From Candidatus Eiseniibacteriota bacterium (lineage in GTDB: Bacteria > Eisenbacteria > RBG-16-71-46), in NCBI GenBank assembly GCA_034678345.1, contig JAXDBZ010000083.1:1-38405 (forward strand): DNA of 38,405 nt, in the 5' to 3' direction. Each line of letters begins with the position of its first letter. The stretch's first letter is position 1. The notes below the pieces were generated by a model. That model was not told the DNA's origin and searched no databases. It worked only from the letters and a program-made list of their open reading frames with translations. Made by a program: the position numbers and the translations under genes. Positions 25,624 through 37,117 of this stretch are shown in pieces.

Positions 25624-25660
25624 CGGGACGCGGTCCTGGGCTCCGGGACCGCAGCATCGC

Positions 25661-25688
25661 CCGCGGCCACCCCTCGGGGTGGCCGCGG
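25661..25688 (+). terminator. Hairpin, putative terminator
   Basis: CCGCGGCCACCC-ctcg-GGGTGGCCGCGG. A second, smaller hairpin lies at about 25630-25652. Confidence 0.6.
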
Positions 25689-25755
25689 CGCGTGCGGGCG
25701 GATGACGTGCGCCCCGGAATCTGCGACCATGCCCGCCCGATCCCGGAGGCCCGGC

Positions 25756-26628
25756 ATGGACGAGTGCTTCTTCGTCAGCGACCTGCATGGTGACGCCGCC
25801 CGCTACCGGCGGCTGTTCGAGCGCATCGTCGCCGAGGCACCGGCCGGCGTCTTCCTCGGCGGCGACCTGCTGCCGGCGGCGCTGGCGCCCGCGCGCGGGC
25901 CCGACGGGGCGCAGGCCGAGTTCATCGCCGAGGTGCTGGAGCCGGGCTTCGCCGCCGTGCGCGCCGCGCTCGGCGGGCGCGCGCCGCGCGTCTTCCTCAT
26001 CCCCGGCAACGACGATGGCCGCGCCGAGGAGGAGGCGCTCGTCGCCGCCGCCGGACGGGGCCTCTGGGAGTACGCGCACGGCCGGCGTCTGGACTTCGGC
26101 CGCCACGTCGTGCTGGGCTACGCCTGTGTGCCGCCGACGCCGTTCCGGCTCAAGGACTGGGAGCGCTACGACGTCTCGCGCTTCGTGGACCCGGGTTGCG
26201 TCTCGCCCGAGGAGGGCGTGCGCACCGTCGCGGTGGACGAGCGCGAGGCGCGCTGGGGCACGATCCAGGGCGACCTCGAAGCGCTGGCCGGCGACGCGGA
26301 CCTGACGGACGCGGTCTGCCTGTTCCACTCCCCGCCGTACGACACGCCGCTCGACCGCGCCGCGCTGGACGGACGCAGCGTCGAGCACGTCCCGCTCGAC
26401 GTGCACGTCGGCAGCATCGCCATCCGCCGCTTCCTCGAGCGCCGCCAGCCGTCTCTGTCGCTGCACGGTCACGTGCACGAGTCGGTGCGGCTGACCGGGG
26501 AGTGGCGCACGCGCCTCGGCCGCACGCACTGCCTGTCGGCGGCGCACGACGGGCCGGAGCTGGCGCTGGTGCGCGTGGACCCCGCCCGGCCGGACGGGGC
26601 GACGCGCGAGCTGCTGCCGGCCGGCTGA
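25756..26628 (+). CDS. Calcineurin-like metallophosphoesterase (290 aa)
   Basis: ATG after GGAGG; motifs SDLHG, GGDL, PGNDD, FHSPP, LHGHVHE. Confidence 0.9.
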   Translation: MDECFFVSDLHGDAARYRRLFERIVAEAPAGVFLGGDLLPAALAPARGPDGAQAEFIAEVLEPGFAAVRAALGGRAPRVFLIPGNDDGRAEEEALVAAAGRGLWEYAHGRRLDFGRHVVLGYACVPPTPFRLKDWERYDVSRFVDPGCVSPEEGVRTVAVDEREARWGTIQGDLEALAGDADLTDAVCLFHSPPYDTPLDRAALDGRSVEHVPLDVHVGSIAIRRFLERRQPSLSLHGHVHESVRLTGEWRTRLGRTHCLSAAHDGPELALVRVDPARPDGATRELLPAG

Positions 26629-26634
26629 GCCGGC

Positions 26635-29600
26635 TCAGTCCCCGGGGCCGAGCCGCAGCGGCCGGGCCGCGTCGGTGATGGCGCCGATCTTGGCGGCGAA
26701 GCTGGTCTGCTTCTGGAGGTCCTCGTCGGTGACGACGTGCACGTCGAGCAGGCCGTCGCTGCGATAGCCGCTGCGCAGGAAGTTCATCTCCGCCAGGCAC
26801 AGGCTCCAGCCTTCGAGCCACAGCCCCAGCTCGCGCCGCTCGTCCTCGCTGCCGCGGAAGTGGACGATGAGATCGAGATCGCTGCCCGGGCCGGCGGAGG
26901 CGTTCTTCGTGCTGCCGAAGACGTAGAGGCCCTGCACGCCGAAGCGGCCGGGGGCGAGATCGGCGGCGATGCGCTGGGCCATGCGCAGGCGCCAGCGCCA
27001 GTGGTCCTCGGCGGGGCGGGCCGCGGGGCCGGGCCGCGGGGCCGTCCCGGTGTCGGCGCCCACGCCCGGTGCGGCGAGCACCGCCACGGCCTCGTCCAGC
27101 TCGGCGTTCATGAGCACGCGCAGCACCAGGCCGTCGGTCACGGCGGGGACCTCGATGACGCGCAGGGTGCCGGCGAGGTGGGCGAACTCCGGCAGCAGGC
27201 GCGGCAGCACGTTCTCGGAACGGGTGAGGAAGGCGTGGTTGAAGATCACGCCCTCGTCGTCGGGATAGAGCGGCAGGTAGCGGATGCCCGATTCCACCAG
27301 GTCCTGGAAGAAGTGCGTGCCGAAGGAGAGGTCGGGCACGTAGTTGCCCTTCTTGCGCGCGATCTCGATGAGCACGGCGCTGTTGCTGATGTCCGAGTAG
27401 GTCACGCCGACGCCGAGCTTGATGTCGCCGCGACTGCCCCAGCGGCCCGGCCCCATGAGCACGAACTTCCGCTTGGGCAGGACGGCGTTCAGGCTGCCGA
27501 CCGCCCGCCCGACGTCGCGCAGCTCGGCGAGGTCGCCGAGATCGCTGTAGCCCTCGGGGTCCACGTACACCACGTGGCTGATGTCGGGCACGGTGCCGTT
27601 CGAGACGTAGCGATGGGCCGAGAAGACGACCCGCTCGCGCGGCAGATCGCGGGGGATGGGCGCGGGCGCGGTGTCGGGGCCGTGACTCTGCGGCCGGCAC
27701 TGCAGCAGGTAGAAGTCGCGTCCGTCGGAGGCGAACTCGATGTCCACCGGCATCCCCAGCGCGTCGCGCAGCTCCTGGAGGATCGCCTGCATGCGGGCGA
27801 GGAAGTTCGTGCTCGACAGCAGGCCCTCGAAGGTGAAGACGAGGTTGTCCTGCTCGAAACGCAGGTCGAGCCCGCTCGGCCGGCGCAGCATGTCGTGCTC
27901 GTAGAGCGAGACCAGGCGCGTCAACCCGGGGAGCTCGTGGCCGGCCTCGCGCAGCAGGGTGTGGCGGTCCACCGTCTCGAAGGAGTTCGTCTCGAGGTTG
28001 ATGACGTCGATCTTGCGCGGGGAGTAGCGATACACCTCCTCCGGGCTGGTGTTCACGCGCAGCCCGGGTTGCCCGGGGGCGACCAGCACCGGGTAGTCGT
28101 CCGCCAGGCGGTCCACGGCGCGCGTGCCGAGCCCGGGCACCAGCCGCAGCAGGCCGTCGTCCCGCCGGATGCGCGGCGACCAGCGCAGCTCGTTGTTGCT
28201 GAAGCCGACCCCGGCGAAGGCGGGCAGGAAGTAGCGCCCGACGCGGGTGCCCACCACCTCCTGGATCATCACCCCCATCTCCTCGTGGTACTCGAGCAGG
28301 CCGCGTTCGGCGCGGTACTGGATGGGGTCGGGTCCGAACACCGAGCCGTAGACCTCGGCGACCGCGTCGAGCAGCGCCGCCAGCCGGTCGGCCTTGCGAC
28401 CCTGGTTGGCGAGGAAGAGGCTCTTGTACTTGCCGGAGAAGGCCGAGCCGGCGCGGTCCTCGAGCAGGCTCGAACTGCGCACGATGAGCGGCCGGTCGCC
28501 CAGGTCGTCGAGCGCGTTCGACAGCCCCTGCACGATCTCGGCGGGGAAGCGCGCGCTCTTGAAGACCTGGAGCATGTGCGGGTACTCGTGGCGGATCTCG
28601 TCGAGGTCGCGGTACTTCCAGTTGTAGACCTCGTCGAGGTCGTTGTAGGCGAGGAACTGCACGATGCCGTCGGAGGGCAGGTACCAGGTCTTGGGCACGC
28701 GGACGCCGTCGAGCAGCTCGCGGTTCTTGCTCGACCGGCCCAGGACGTGCTGGGCGAGGAACAAGCCGCTGCCCTTGCCGCCGACGCGGCCGTGGCTCTT
28801 GGGCAGCAGGATGGTGTGCCCGACGAGGTCCACGAAGTCCTCGAGCTCGAGGCAGCGCCGGCAGGTGTTGATGACCTCGGGGCTGTCGGTGAGCAGGCGC
28901 CGGATGAGCGAGACCTTGAGCCCGACGTGCATGGCGGGGGAGACCTCGCGCGCGTCCACGCCGGTGCCCTGGTAGCGCTCGAGCGCGTTGGCGATCTCGG
29001 GCAGGGTGGTGTCCGAGCTCTCCAGCGCCACGACCAGGAAGTTGAGGCGGTCCTCCTGGATCCACGTCTGCAGCGTGGTGAACAGCTCGTGCTCGCTCAG
29101 ATGCGTGGCGGCCATCTCGAACGCCGCGGCGCTGAACGCGTCGGGATCCATGGGCTCGCTGCGCCGCGTCGGCCGGTTCTCGTCGCCGGGCTCGGCCTCC
29201 TCCTCGAGCGGACCGGAGAGGTCGAGCAGCATCTGCTTGGCCTCCTCGGTGCCGCTCCACGCCAGGTGGTTCAGCATCTTGCGGCCGAGCTGGTGGTAGA
29301 GGTTCTGGTCGGTGCGCTGCACGAGGTCGAGGATGACCCGCCAGTCCTCGCGCGGCGCCGGTTCGGCCTCCTGCCCGACCTGCTCGCCGCGCGCGATGCC
29401 CTCGGTCAGCTCGCGGTGCAGGATCGCCTGGCCCAGCCGGCCGGCCACCGCCTCGATGAGGCGACGCTCGTCCTTGAGGAACGGTCCCTCGTCGGCGGGC
29501 GGCATCTCCTCGGTGTAGTGGACGCACACCTCGCCGATGCGCTCGCCGACTACGACGATGGGTGCGGCCTGCCGCCAGGGACTGTCCACGAAGCGCGCCG

Positions 29601-29814
29601 GGCGGAGGTCGCGATCGCGCAGCACGACGTGGGCGACGCAGTGGGTCGGGTACTGCCAGCCCATCGGCAGCGCCTCGGCGACGGCGCGCAGCGTCTCCTC
29701 GAGGGGCCGGTCCGCGTCCCGCAGGATCTCCTCGATGCGGTAGAGGCAGTTGAGCTCCTTGGCCCGCTCCTGCAGTGCCCGCAGCACCTCGTCCACGGGG
29801 CGCGGCTCGCTCAT
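26635..29814 (-). CDS. PEP/pyruvate-binding (PPDK_N ATP-grasp) domain protein with N-terminal GAF-like region and C-terminal nucleotidyltransferase domain (1059 aa)
   Basis: ATG at 29814 in ATGA overlap; ERAKELNCLY...GWQYP; VGGKGSGL; PLIVRSSSLLED..FSGKY; IQEVVG; GLGTRAVD; DIEFA..YLLQCRP; GTHFFQDL; VFGS(x10)DLD. Confidence 0.9.
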   Translation of the reverse strand: MSEPRPVDEVLRALQERAKELNCLYRIEEILRDADRPLEETLRAVAEALPMGWQYPTHCVAHVVLRDRDLRPARFVDSPWRQAAPIVVVGERIGEVCVHYTEEMPPADEGPFLKDERRLIEAVAGRLGQAILHRELTEGIARGEQVGQEAEPAPREDWRVILDLVQRTDQNLYHQLGRKMLNHLAWSGTEEAKQMLLDLSGPLEEEAEPGDENRPTRRSEPMDPDAFSAAAFEMAATHLSEHELFTTLQTWIQEDRLNFLVVALESSDTTLPEIANALERYQGTGVDAREVSPAMHVGLKVSLIRRLLTDSPEVINTCRRCLELEDFVDLVGHTILLPKSHGRVGGKGSGLFLAQHVLGRSSKNRELLDGVRVPKTWYLPSDGIVQFLAYNDLDEVYNWKYRDLDEIRHEYPHMLQVFKSARFPAEIVQGLSNALDDLGDRPLIVRSSSLLEDRAGSAFSGKYKSLFLANQGRKADRLAALLDAVAEVYGSVFGPDPIQYRAERGLLEYHEEMGVMIQEVVGTRVGRYFLPAFAGVGFSNNELRWSPRIRRDDGLLRLVPGLGTRAVDRLADDYPVLVAPGQPGLRVNTSPEEVYRYSPRKIDVINLETNSFETVDRHTLLREAGHELPGLTRLVSLYEHDMLRRPSGLDLRFEQDNLVFTFEGLLSSTNFLARMQAILQELRDALGMPVDIEFASDGRDFYLLQCRPQSHGPDTAPAPIPRDLPRERVVFSAHRYVSNGTVPDISHVVYVDPEGYSDLGDLAELRDVGRAVGSLNAVLPKRKFVLMGPGRWGSRGDIKLGVGVTYSDISNSAVLIEIARKKGNYVPDLSFGTHFFQDLVESGIRYLPLYPDDEGVIFNHAFLTRSENVLPRLLPEFAHLAGTLRVIEVPAVTDGLVLRVLMNAELDEAVAVLAAPGVGADTGTAPRPGPAARPAEDHWRWRLRMAQRIAADLAPGRFGVQGLYVFGSTKNASAGPGSDLDLIVHFRGSEDERRELGLWLEGWSLCLAEMNFLRSGYRSDGLLDVHVVTDEDLQKQTSFAAKIGAITDAARPLRLGPGD

Positions 29815-31577
29815 GCGCTTTCCTCCTCGATCCGGAGCACGACTCCCTGGCCGCGGCGCCCGTCCACCCGGACGCGCAACGGCGCCGGCGTCTCCACGTG
29901 CCGCAGGAACTCCGTCTCGCGGCGGGCTGGCAACCGGTCCAGCCAGTCCCACGCGATGGCGGGCGAACCGCCGTCCGGCTCGCGCTGCGGCACGGAGAAG
30001 TATGCCACGCGGAAGCTCAGCAGGTTGTGGAAGAAATGGGCGCCCTGGCTCATGTCCACGTTCATGGTGGGCAGGCCGGCCTCGACGATGACGCGCGCCC
30101 CGGCGATCTGCGACCACTCCACCGGGATGCCGAGCCACGGATCGGCGCTGCCCCAGCGCCCGAAGCCGATCAGCAGGTAGGGCCGCCCGGCCTCGACCAG
30201 GCCGCGGTTGAGCTCGTCCACCTCGGCGGCGATGACCGGCGTGTGCCGCGCCTCGAAGCGGTCGGGCCGCACGTAGACCACGTCGCGGATGCCCTCGATG
30301 ACGCCGTTGCCCATGACGTGCCCGGAGCGGACCACGGCGCGCGGGTCGGCCAGCTCGGCCTCGCCGACCTCGACGAGCGTGTCGCTCACCAGCATGGGGC
30401 GCACCTGCAGGAAGCCGAGCCGCGCCGGATGGTCGGGCTCGACCGGCAGGGTGAGTGCGAACTCGATCTCGACCGGGGCGCCGGCCCGCTCGGCGAAGAG
30501 CGGCAGCAGTTCGCGCAGCGCCTCGCACACCGGCCAGTCCCCGAGCCGCAGCAGCGGGGCGAAGTCCAGCACGCGCGGGCCGCGGGAACCGGTGCCTAGG
30601 ACGAGGCGGTCCGACTCCGCGTCGTAGGTCGAGGCGACGTGCGCGAGGGTGCCGTCCTCTTCGGCCGCCGCGAGGCCCGCGTGCACGAGGTACTCGGTCT
30701 CGGTCGTGGGATCGTAGGCGGGCGGCTGCCCCATGTTCACGGCCCAGAACCCGGTCTGGGTCTGCTCGAGCATGTGGCCCATGGAGTTGAAGGGGGGCAC
30801 GGCGCGGGGGTGGGCCGGCGAGCAGGTCCAGGTGCGGCCGCCGTCCACGATGGTCTTGCCCAGGCCGAAGGCCAGGTCCACGACGCCGTCGGCCGGCCGG
30901 GCGTGGCCGGTGGGGTAGAAGTTCCACGAGCGCGCCACGCCGGCGACCTCGGGGTAGAAGCGCGGGCCGTGCCGGTGCCCCACCACCTCCTGCACGATGA
31001 CCGCCATCTTCTCGCTCTCCGGCGGCTGCCCCGCGGCGCGGATGTAGGCGCGGGCGGCGCGGAAGAAGGTCGAGGCGTAGACGAACTTGATCGCCTCGAC
31101 CAGCTTGCGGAAGCGCGTGTCGGGGTCGTGCTGGTTGTTGGGGATCATCTTCGTCGCGTAAACGCCGGCGAAGGGGTGGGCGAGCGCGTCCTCGAGCAGG
31201 CTCGAGGAGCGCACCGCCAGCGGCGTGTGCACCTCGCGGACCAGGGCCCAGAGGTCGCCCACCAGCTCCGTCGGCAGCTCGGCGCGCTGCAGCGCCACGG
31301 CGATGCGCTGGTCGTCCGCATCGGCCCGGACGAGATCGTTGAGCCGGTTGCGCTCGAGGAAGGCGTCGAAGACGTCCGTGCCGATCACGGTGAGCGTCGG
31401 CACGGAGATCTCGAGGTCCCGGAAACGCAGCGCCGCGGGCCGGTCGGCCAGCGCCTCACGCGCCGACCGCAGACCCGCGGCCTTGCCGCCGAGCGCGCCG
31501 GAGCCGATGACGGTGAAGGTCTCCCGCCCCTCGAAGAAGCGGCGGTCGAACCTCGCCAGATCGTGGTCGCCGGTCAC
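29811..31577 (-). CDS. PEP/pyruvate-binding (PPDK_N ATP-grasp) domain protein without a pyruvate-binding barrel (588 aa)
   Basis: LGGKAAGL; PLAVRSSSLLED..FAGVY; VQEVVG; GLGKTIVDG; EIEFA..FLQVRP; GRWGS; GAHFFHNL. The GTG start has a weak RBS. Confidence 0.88.
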   Translation of the reverse strand: MTGDHDLARFDRRFFEGRETFTVIGSGALGGKAAGLRSAREALADRPAALRFRDLEISVPTLTVIGTDVFDAFLERNRLNDLVRADADDQRIAVALQRAELPTELVGDLWALVREVHTPLAVRSSSLLEDALAHPFAGVYATKMIPNNQHDPDTRFRKLVEAIKFVYASTFFRAARAYIRAAGQPPESEKMAVIVQEVVGHRHGPRFYPEVAGVARSWNFYPTGHARPADGVVDLAFGLGKTIVDGGRTWTCSPAHPRAVPPFNSMGHMLEQTQTGFWAVNMGQPPAYDPTTETEYLVHAGLAAAEEDGTLAHVASTYDAESDRLVLGTGSRGPRVLDFAPLLRLGDWPVCEALRELLPLFAERAGAPVEIEFALTLPVEPDHPARLGFLQVRPMLVSDTLVEVGEAELADPRAVVRSGHVMGNGVIEGIRDVVYVRPDRFEARHTPVIAAEVDELNRGLVEAGRPYLLIGFGRWGSADPWLGIPVEWSQIAGARVIVEAGLPTMNVDMSQGAHFFHNLLSFRVAYFSVPQREPDGGSPAIAWDWLDRLPARRETEFLRHVETPAPLRVRVDGRRGQGVVLRIEEESA

Positions 31578-31626
31578 GTCGGTGATGCGGTCCGGGGCGG
31601 CGCGCGCGGCGCCCCCCCGGCCGGTC

Positions 31627-32925
<1,299 letters not shown>

Positions 32926-33134
32926 GGCAGGTCCTCTGGGCGATCGGCGCCGGGGCCCCGGTGGGCCGCCGGACGCGGGTGGACAGGGTGCTGCGAAACC
33001 GCATGGTCCGGGCGCAGCCGGGTCCCGGGCGGCGAAGATGGTCGGGTGTGGCCGTCGGCCCGGCCGCCGCGTGGCGCGCCGGGCATCGCATCGGCCGGAT
33101 CTCCCCACACGGTGTGATGGCCGGGGGGCGAGGC

Positions 33135-33143
33135 AGTGTAGCA
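33135..33143 (-). promoter_or_regulatory. Putative extended -10 promoter for the gdh operon
   Basis: Minus strand TGcTACACT, about 210 bp upstream of the gdh ATG. Confidence 0.4.
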
Positions 33144-33285
33144 GGAGCGCGCGGATGCGTGTAATCGGCGGGACCCGCGCGCGCCCCGCCGCACGCCTGG
33201 CCCCCCCCGCGGGCGATTGGCCCGGTCCGGCCCGGCCCGAATGGCCGGGTGCCGGCCCAGCCCGCCGCCCCCGCGCCCCGCCGGC

Positions 33286-34107
33286 TCAGCGGCTCCGGGG
33301 GCTCCGCGGGCGCCGCTGGCGGGGCCGCGCTCCGGCCGCCACCGTCACCAGCCAGGTCCCGCTCCGCTCGTCCCGGCGCAGTTCCACGGCGCCGGCGTCG
33401 CGTGCGTCCTCCAGCAGTTCGCTGAAGCTGCCGTAGCCGAGCGCGGCCTCGCTGAAGGCGGGCCGCTTGCGCTTCATCGTGTCCTTGACGAGGGAGGCCT
33501 GGATGACCTCAACGCCCTCGCGCTGCAGCGCCCGCACCGTCTCCGCGACCAGGCGGAACGCGTCCGCGCCGTCGCGGGCGGGCTCCGCCCCCTTCCGAGC
33601 CGGTGGCCGGGCCGGCTCGTGCGCCTGCTCGAGGTCCTCGTAGTAGATGAACTCGTCGCACGAGTTGGCCAGCAGCGGCGAGGTCGAGGCCCGCATGCCG
33701 AGCCCGACGACGTGCTTGCCGTTCTCCTTGAGCTTGGCCACGAGCGGGGAGAAGTCGCTGTCCCCCGAGACGACCACGAACGTGTCGATGTGCGTCTTGC
33801 TCCAGCTCAGGTCCATCGCGTCCACGACCAGCCGGATGTCGGCGGAGTTCTTGCCGGTGCTGGCGCGGCGCGGGATCTCGATCAGCTCGATGCCGTTCTC
33901 GTGCAGGCTCTGGGTGTGCTCGCGGAACCGGCCCCAGTCGGCGTAGGCCACCTTGACCAGCACCTTGCCCTTCTCGAGCAGGCGGTCGAGGATGCGCCGC
34001 ACCTCGAAGGGGGCGCCGGGGTCGCGTAGGCCCAGGGCGATGTTCTCGAAGTCGATGAAGACGGCGATCTGCCGTTGCGGGCCGGAGCCGGGGGTCGGAG
34101 CGGGCAC
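33286..34107 (-). CDS. NYN-domain protein (LabA/DUF88, PIN-like) with C-terminal OST-HTH/LOTUS-like domain (about 273 aa)
   Basis: GTG at 34107 after GGAGGT; [10 protein letters not shown]; [15 protein letters not shown]; [11 protein letters not shown]; [17 protein letters not shown]. Confidence 0.88.
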   Translation of the reverse strand: MPAPTPGSGPQRQIAVFIDFENIALGLRDPGAPFEVRRILDRLLEKGKVLVKVAYADWGRFREHTQSLHENGIELIEIPRRASTGKNSADIRLVVDAMDLSWSKTHIDTFVVVSGDSDFSPLVAKLKENGKHVVGLGMRASTSPLLANSCDEFIYYEDLEQAHEPARPPARKGAEPARDGADAFRLVAETVRALQREGVEVIQASLVKDTMKRKRPAFSEAALGYGSFSELLEDARDAGAVELRRDERSGTWLVTVAAGARPRQRRPRSPRSR

Positions 34108-34503
34108 GAGGGCACCTCCAGACGGGGGGGAAGGAGCGTGAGCCGGCATCCTAGACCGCCGCCTCCCGCCGCGCCACCGGCGGCGCCCGCCGAACCCCGC
34201 CGCTGCCGCCGGTTGCGCCGCGTCGGCCCGCCTTCCGCGTCTCCGGGCCGCCCGAGCGCGCCCGGCGGGGCGGCGGCTGAGGTCGCCTTTCCGGTGAAAC
34301 GGCGGCAATCACCTGCCGATACATGTCTTGAACAGCCCCGGCCCCGTGCCGGCGTCCTCCGTTGCGAGGCGCCAAGGTGCGGGGCGGGGGCCCGATTCGA
34401 GCGCAGGGAACGCGCGAGCGGGCGACCTGCCCTGGAGTCGGTGGTTCGGCAAGGACGGCGGGAGGTTCGCCCCGCCGGCAGCACCCATACCCCTCGAGGC
34501 TCC

Positions 34504-37044
34504 ATGGCTGAACACACCTCGTCCGCGAAGGCCGGCAGCAGCGACCCCATCGAAGTCTCTGGCGGCGCGCCCCGGCTTGGTGAGGACATGCCCGACGCCG
34601 GCGAGGCCGGGAACGTTCTGCGGGAGTTGGGCCGGACGTTCGCGACGATGATCGGTCGTCCGCGCGGCACGAGCCGCGCCGCCGCCGCCCCCGCGCCGGC
34701 CGGTCCCCCCGCGGCTCCGGTCGCGACCGCGGACCCGGCGGCCCTGCGACGGCGGATCGCCGCACTCGAGGCCGAGCTGGAACAGGTCCGCGCGCTGGCG
34801 CAGGGCCGGGCCGACCTGCTGGCGACGATGACCCACGAGCTGCGCACGCCCATGAACGGGATGATGGGCATGGCCCACCTGCTGCTCGAGACGGAGCTGG
34901 ACCGCGACCAGCGCGGCATGATCGAGGTGCTCCTGCACGCCGGCGAGGGGCTGCTCGACCTGGTGAACGACACGCTCGACTTCTCGCGGGCCGAGGCGGG
35001 CAAGCTCGTCCTCGAGCGCCTGCCGTTCGACCTGCGCGTGGCGGCGAACGAGACCGGGGCGCTGCTGGCGCCCATGGCCAACGAGAAGGGCCTGCACTTC
35101 GACTGCGTGGTGCACCACGACGTGCCCTCCCGACTGTCCGGCGACCCCGGCCGGCTGCGCCAGGTGCTGCTGAACCTGGGCGGCAACGCCATCAAGTTCA
35201 CCGAGCGCGGCCAGGTGACCGTGGCGGTGGAGCGCCTCGGGGAAGACGACGCGCGCGTGACGCTGCGCTTCTCGGTCACCGACACCGGCATCGGGATGGA
35301 CGAGGAGCAGCGCGGGCGCATCTTCGAGGCCTTCGAGCAGGCCGACGCCTCGATCGCCCGCCGCTACGGCGGGACCGGGCTCGGCCTGGCGATCTCGAGC
35401 CGTCTGGTGACCCTCATGGGTGGGAAGGTGGGGGTGGAGAGCGCCCCGGGCCGGGGCAGCACGTTCTGGTTCGACGTGTCGCTCGAGAAGCAGCTCGGCA
35501 CGGAGCCGGCGTTCCACGAGCCGCCGGCCGATCCGTCCCTGGCGGGCGCGCGCGTGCTCGTGGTCGAGCCGTCGGCGGCGATGCGCCGTTCGTACGTGGC
35601 GAAGCTGGGTGCGCGCGGCTGCCGCGTCGAGTCGGTGGGCGACGCGGAGGCCGCGCTGGCGGCGCTGCGCGCCGCCGCCGGGAACGGCGACCCGTTCCGC
35701 TTCGCCCTGATCGAGCGCGAGCTGCCCGGCCTGAATGGGGAGGACCTGGGCGCCACGATCCGCGCCGAGGCGCTCCACGACCACACCCTCACCGTGCTCG
35801 TGACCTCGGCCGGGAACCGCGGCGACGCGGCGCGCGCGCGGGCCCGCGGTTTCGCCGCCTACATCTCGAAGCCGCTCGAGTGGGAGCAGCTGGCCGGGCT
35901 GCTGGTGGAGGTGCGGCACCGCGCCGAGACCGCGCCCGAGGACACCGCGCCCGCCCTGGTGACGCTGCACTCGATGGCCGAGGCGCGGCGCGGCCGGCGC
36001 CGCATCCTGCTGGTGGAAGACAGCGCGGTGAACCAGCTCGTCACCCAGTGGGCGCTCAAGCGTCTGGGCTACGGCCTGCACCTGGCGGCCACCGGGGCCG
36101 CCGCGCTCGAGGCCTGGGACCGCGAGCCGTTCGACCTGGTGCTGCTCGACCTGCACCTGCCGGACGGGGACGGCTATGCGCTGGCCCGCGAGCTGCGCAC
36201 GCGCCAGGCGCCGGACCGCCGCGCGCCCATCGTGGCGATGACGGGGAGCGCCGAGCCGGGCGAGCGCGAGCGCTGCCTCGCGGCCGGGATGGACGAGTAC
36301 CTCACCAAGCCGGTGGACCTCGGCCTGCTCTGCGAGGTGGTCGAGCGGCTGACGCGGGATCCGCTCGGCGGCCCGAACACGGATGCGGGCGCCGCGCCCG
36401 GCGCACCGGAGGTGCCGGCGGAGCGGCCGGCCGCGGCACGCATCGAGGTCGGGGCCGACGACGCGCCCCTGTTGCGGGAGATCGAGGCGGCCGAGGCGGA
36501 CATCTGCGGCCTCGCGCGTTCGGCGGCCGGTCCATCCGCTTCGCGCCCAGCCGGGCTCGTGCCGACCCCGGCCGAGGCGGCCGCCGGCTCGGCCGACGCG
36601 CGGGCCGAGGCGGCCGAGGTGGAGGTGGGCCACGTGCAGGGGCCGGGGTTGGAGCGGCTGTCCCGCGCCGACGTCCTGCCGTCCGGCGGCGAGGCCGAAC
36701 CACCCGCGCTCGACCTCGAGCGGCTCGAGCAGAGCTCCATGGGCAATCCAGCGCTGCGCGCCTCGCTCCTCGGCACCTTCCTGGCGGAGGTGCGGCCGCG
36801 CCTCGAGCAGCTCAATCAGGCCGTCGTCGGGCAGGACGCGCGGCGGGCGGAGTTCGAGGCGCACGGCCTGAAGGGCATGTGCCTGACGCTCGGCGCCGTT
36901 TTCTGCGGCGAAGTGTTCGCGGAGCTGGAGCGGCTGGGCCGCGAGCGCCGGCTCGTGAACGCCGGGCCGCTGCTCAAGCGCGCCCACCTCGAGGTGACGC
37001 GCGCCGAGCGCACCATCGCCGCGCTGGAGCGCATGGCGGCCTGA
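34504..37044 (+). CDS. Cytoplasmic hybrid histidine kinase: HisKA-HATPase-REC (atypical)-REC-HPt
   Basis: [11 protein letters not shown]; [21 protein letters not shown]; DTGIG; GGTGLGL; two receiver domains; HPt AHGLKG. Start uncertain (34504, 34588 or 34648). Confidence 0.9.
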   Translation: MAEHTSSAKAGSSDPIEVSGGAPRLGEDMPDAGEAGNVLRELGRTFATMIGRPRGTSRAAAAPAPAGPPAAPVATADPAALRRRIAALEAELEQVRALAQGRADLLATMTHELRTPMNGMMGMAHLLLETELDRDQRGMIEVLLHAGEGLLDLVNDTLDFSRAEAGKLVLERLPFDLRVAANETGALLAPMANEKGLHFDCVVHHDVPSRLSGDPGRLRQVLLNLGGNAIKFTERGQVTVAVERLGEDDARVTLRFSVTDTGIGMDEEQRGRIFEAFEQADASIARRYGGTGLGLAISSRLVTLMGGKVGVESAPGRGSTFWFDVSLEKQLGTEPAFHEPPADPSLAGARVLVVEPSAAMRRSYVAKLGARGCRVESVGDAEAALAALRAAAGNGDPFRFALIERELPGLNGEDLGATIRAEALHDHTLTVLVTSAGNRGDAARARARGFAAYISKPLEWEQLAGLLVEVRHRAETAPEDTAPALVTLHSMAEARRGRRRILLVEDSAVNQLVTQWALKRLGYGLHLAATGAAALEAWDREPFDLVLLDLHLPDGDGYALARELRTRQAPDRRAPIVAMTGSAEPGERERCLAAGMDEYLTKPVDLGLLCEVVERLTRDPLGGPNTDAGAAPGAPEVPAERPAAARIEVGADDAPLLREIEAAEADICGLARSAAGPSASRPAGLVPTPAEAAAGSADARAEAAEVEVGHVQGPGLERLSRADVLPSGGEAEPPALDLERLEQSSMGNPALRASLLGTFLAEVRPRLEQLNQAVVGQDARRAEFEAHGLKGMCLTLGAVFCGEVFAELERLGRERRLVNAGPLLKRAHLEVTRAERTIAALERMAA

Positions 37045-37117
37045 CCGCCGTCCGGCCCGCGCCCCGGGCCCCGCGCCGCGCGGGGGAGCCGGGGCGCTGT
37101 GTTATGGTCCGCCTCAC

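Noticed and set aside
26635-27010. MNT-HEPN toxin-antitoxin or CBASS-type defence based on the nucleotidyltransferase motif
   Set aside because: The NTase is fused to a dikinase-like protein in a gdh operon. No HEPN, cyclase-effector or other defence genes are adjacent.
26635-31577. Annotation as PEP synthase (ppsA) or PPDK
   Set aside because: Neither protein has the C-terminal PEP/pyruvate TIM barrel or a canonical GG.TSHAAI motif.
33286-34107. NYN/PIN nuclease as a toxin or defence gene
   Set aside because: NYN-LOTUS proteins are widespread stand-alone genes, and no antitoxin or defence context is present here.
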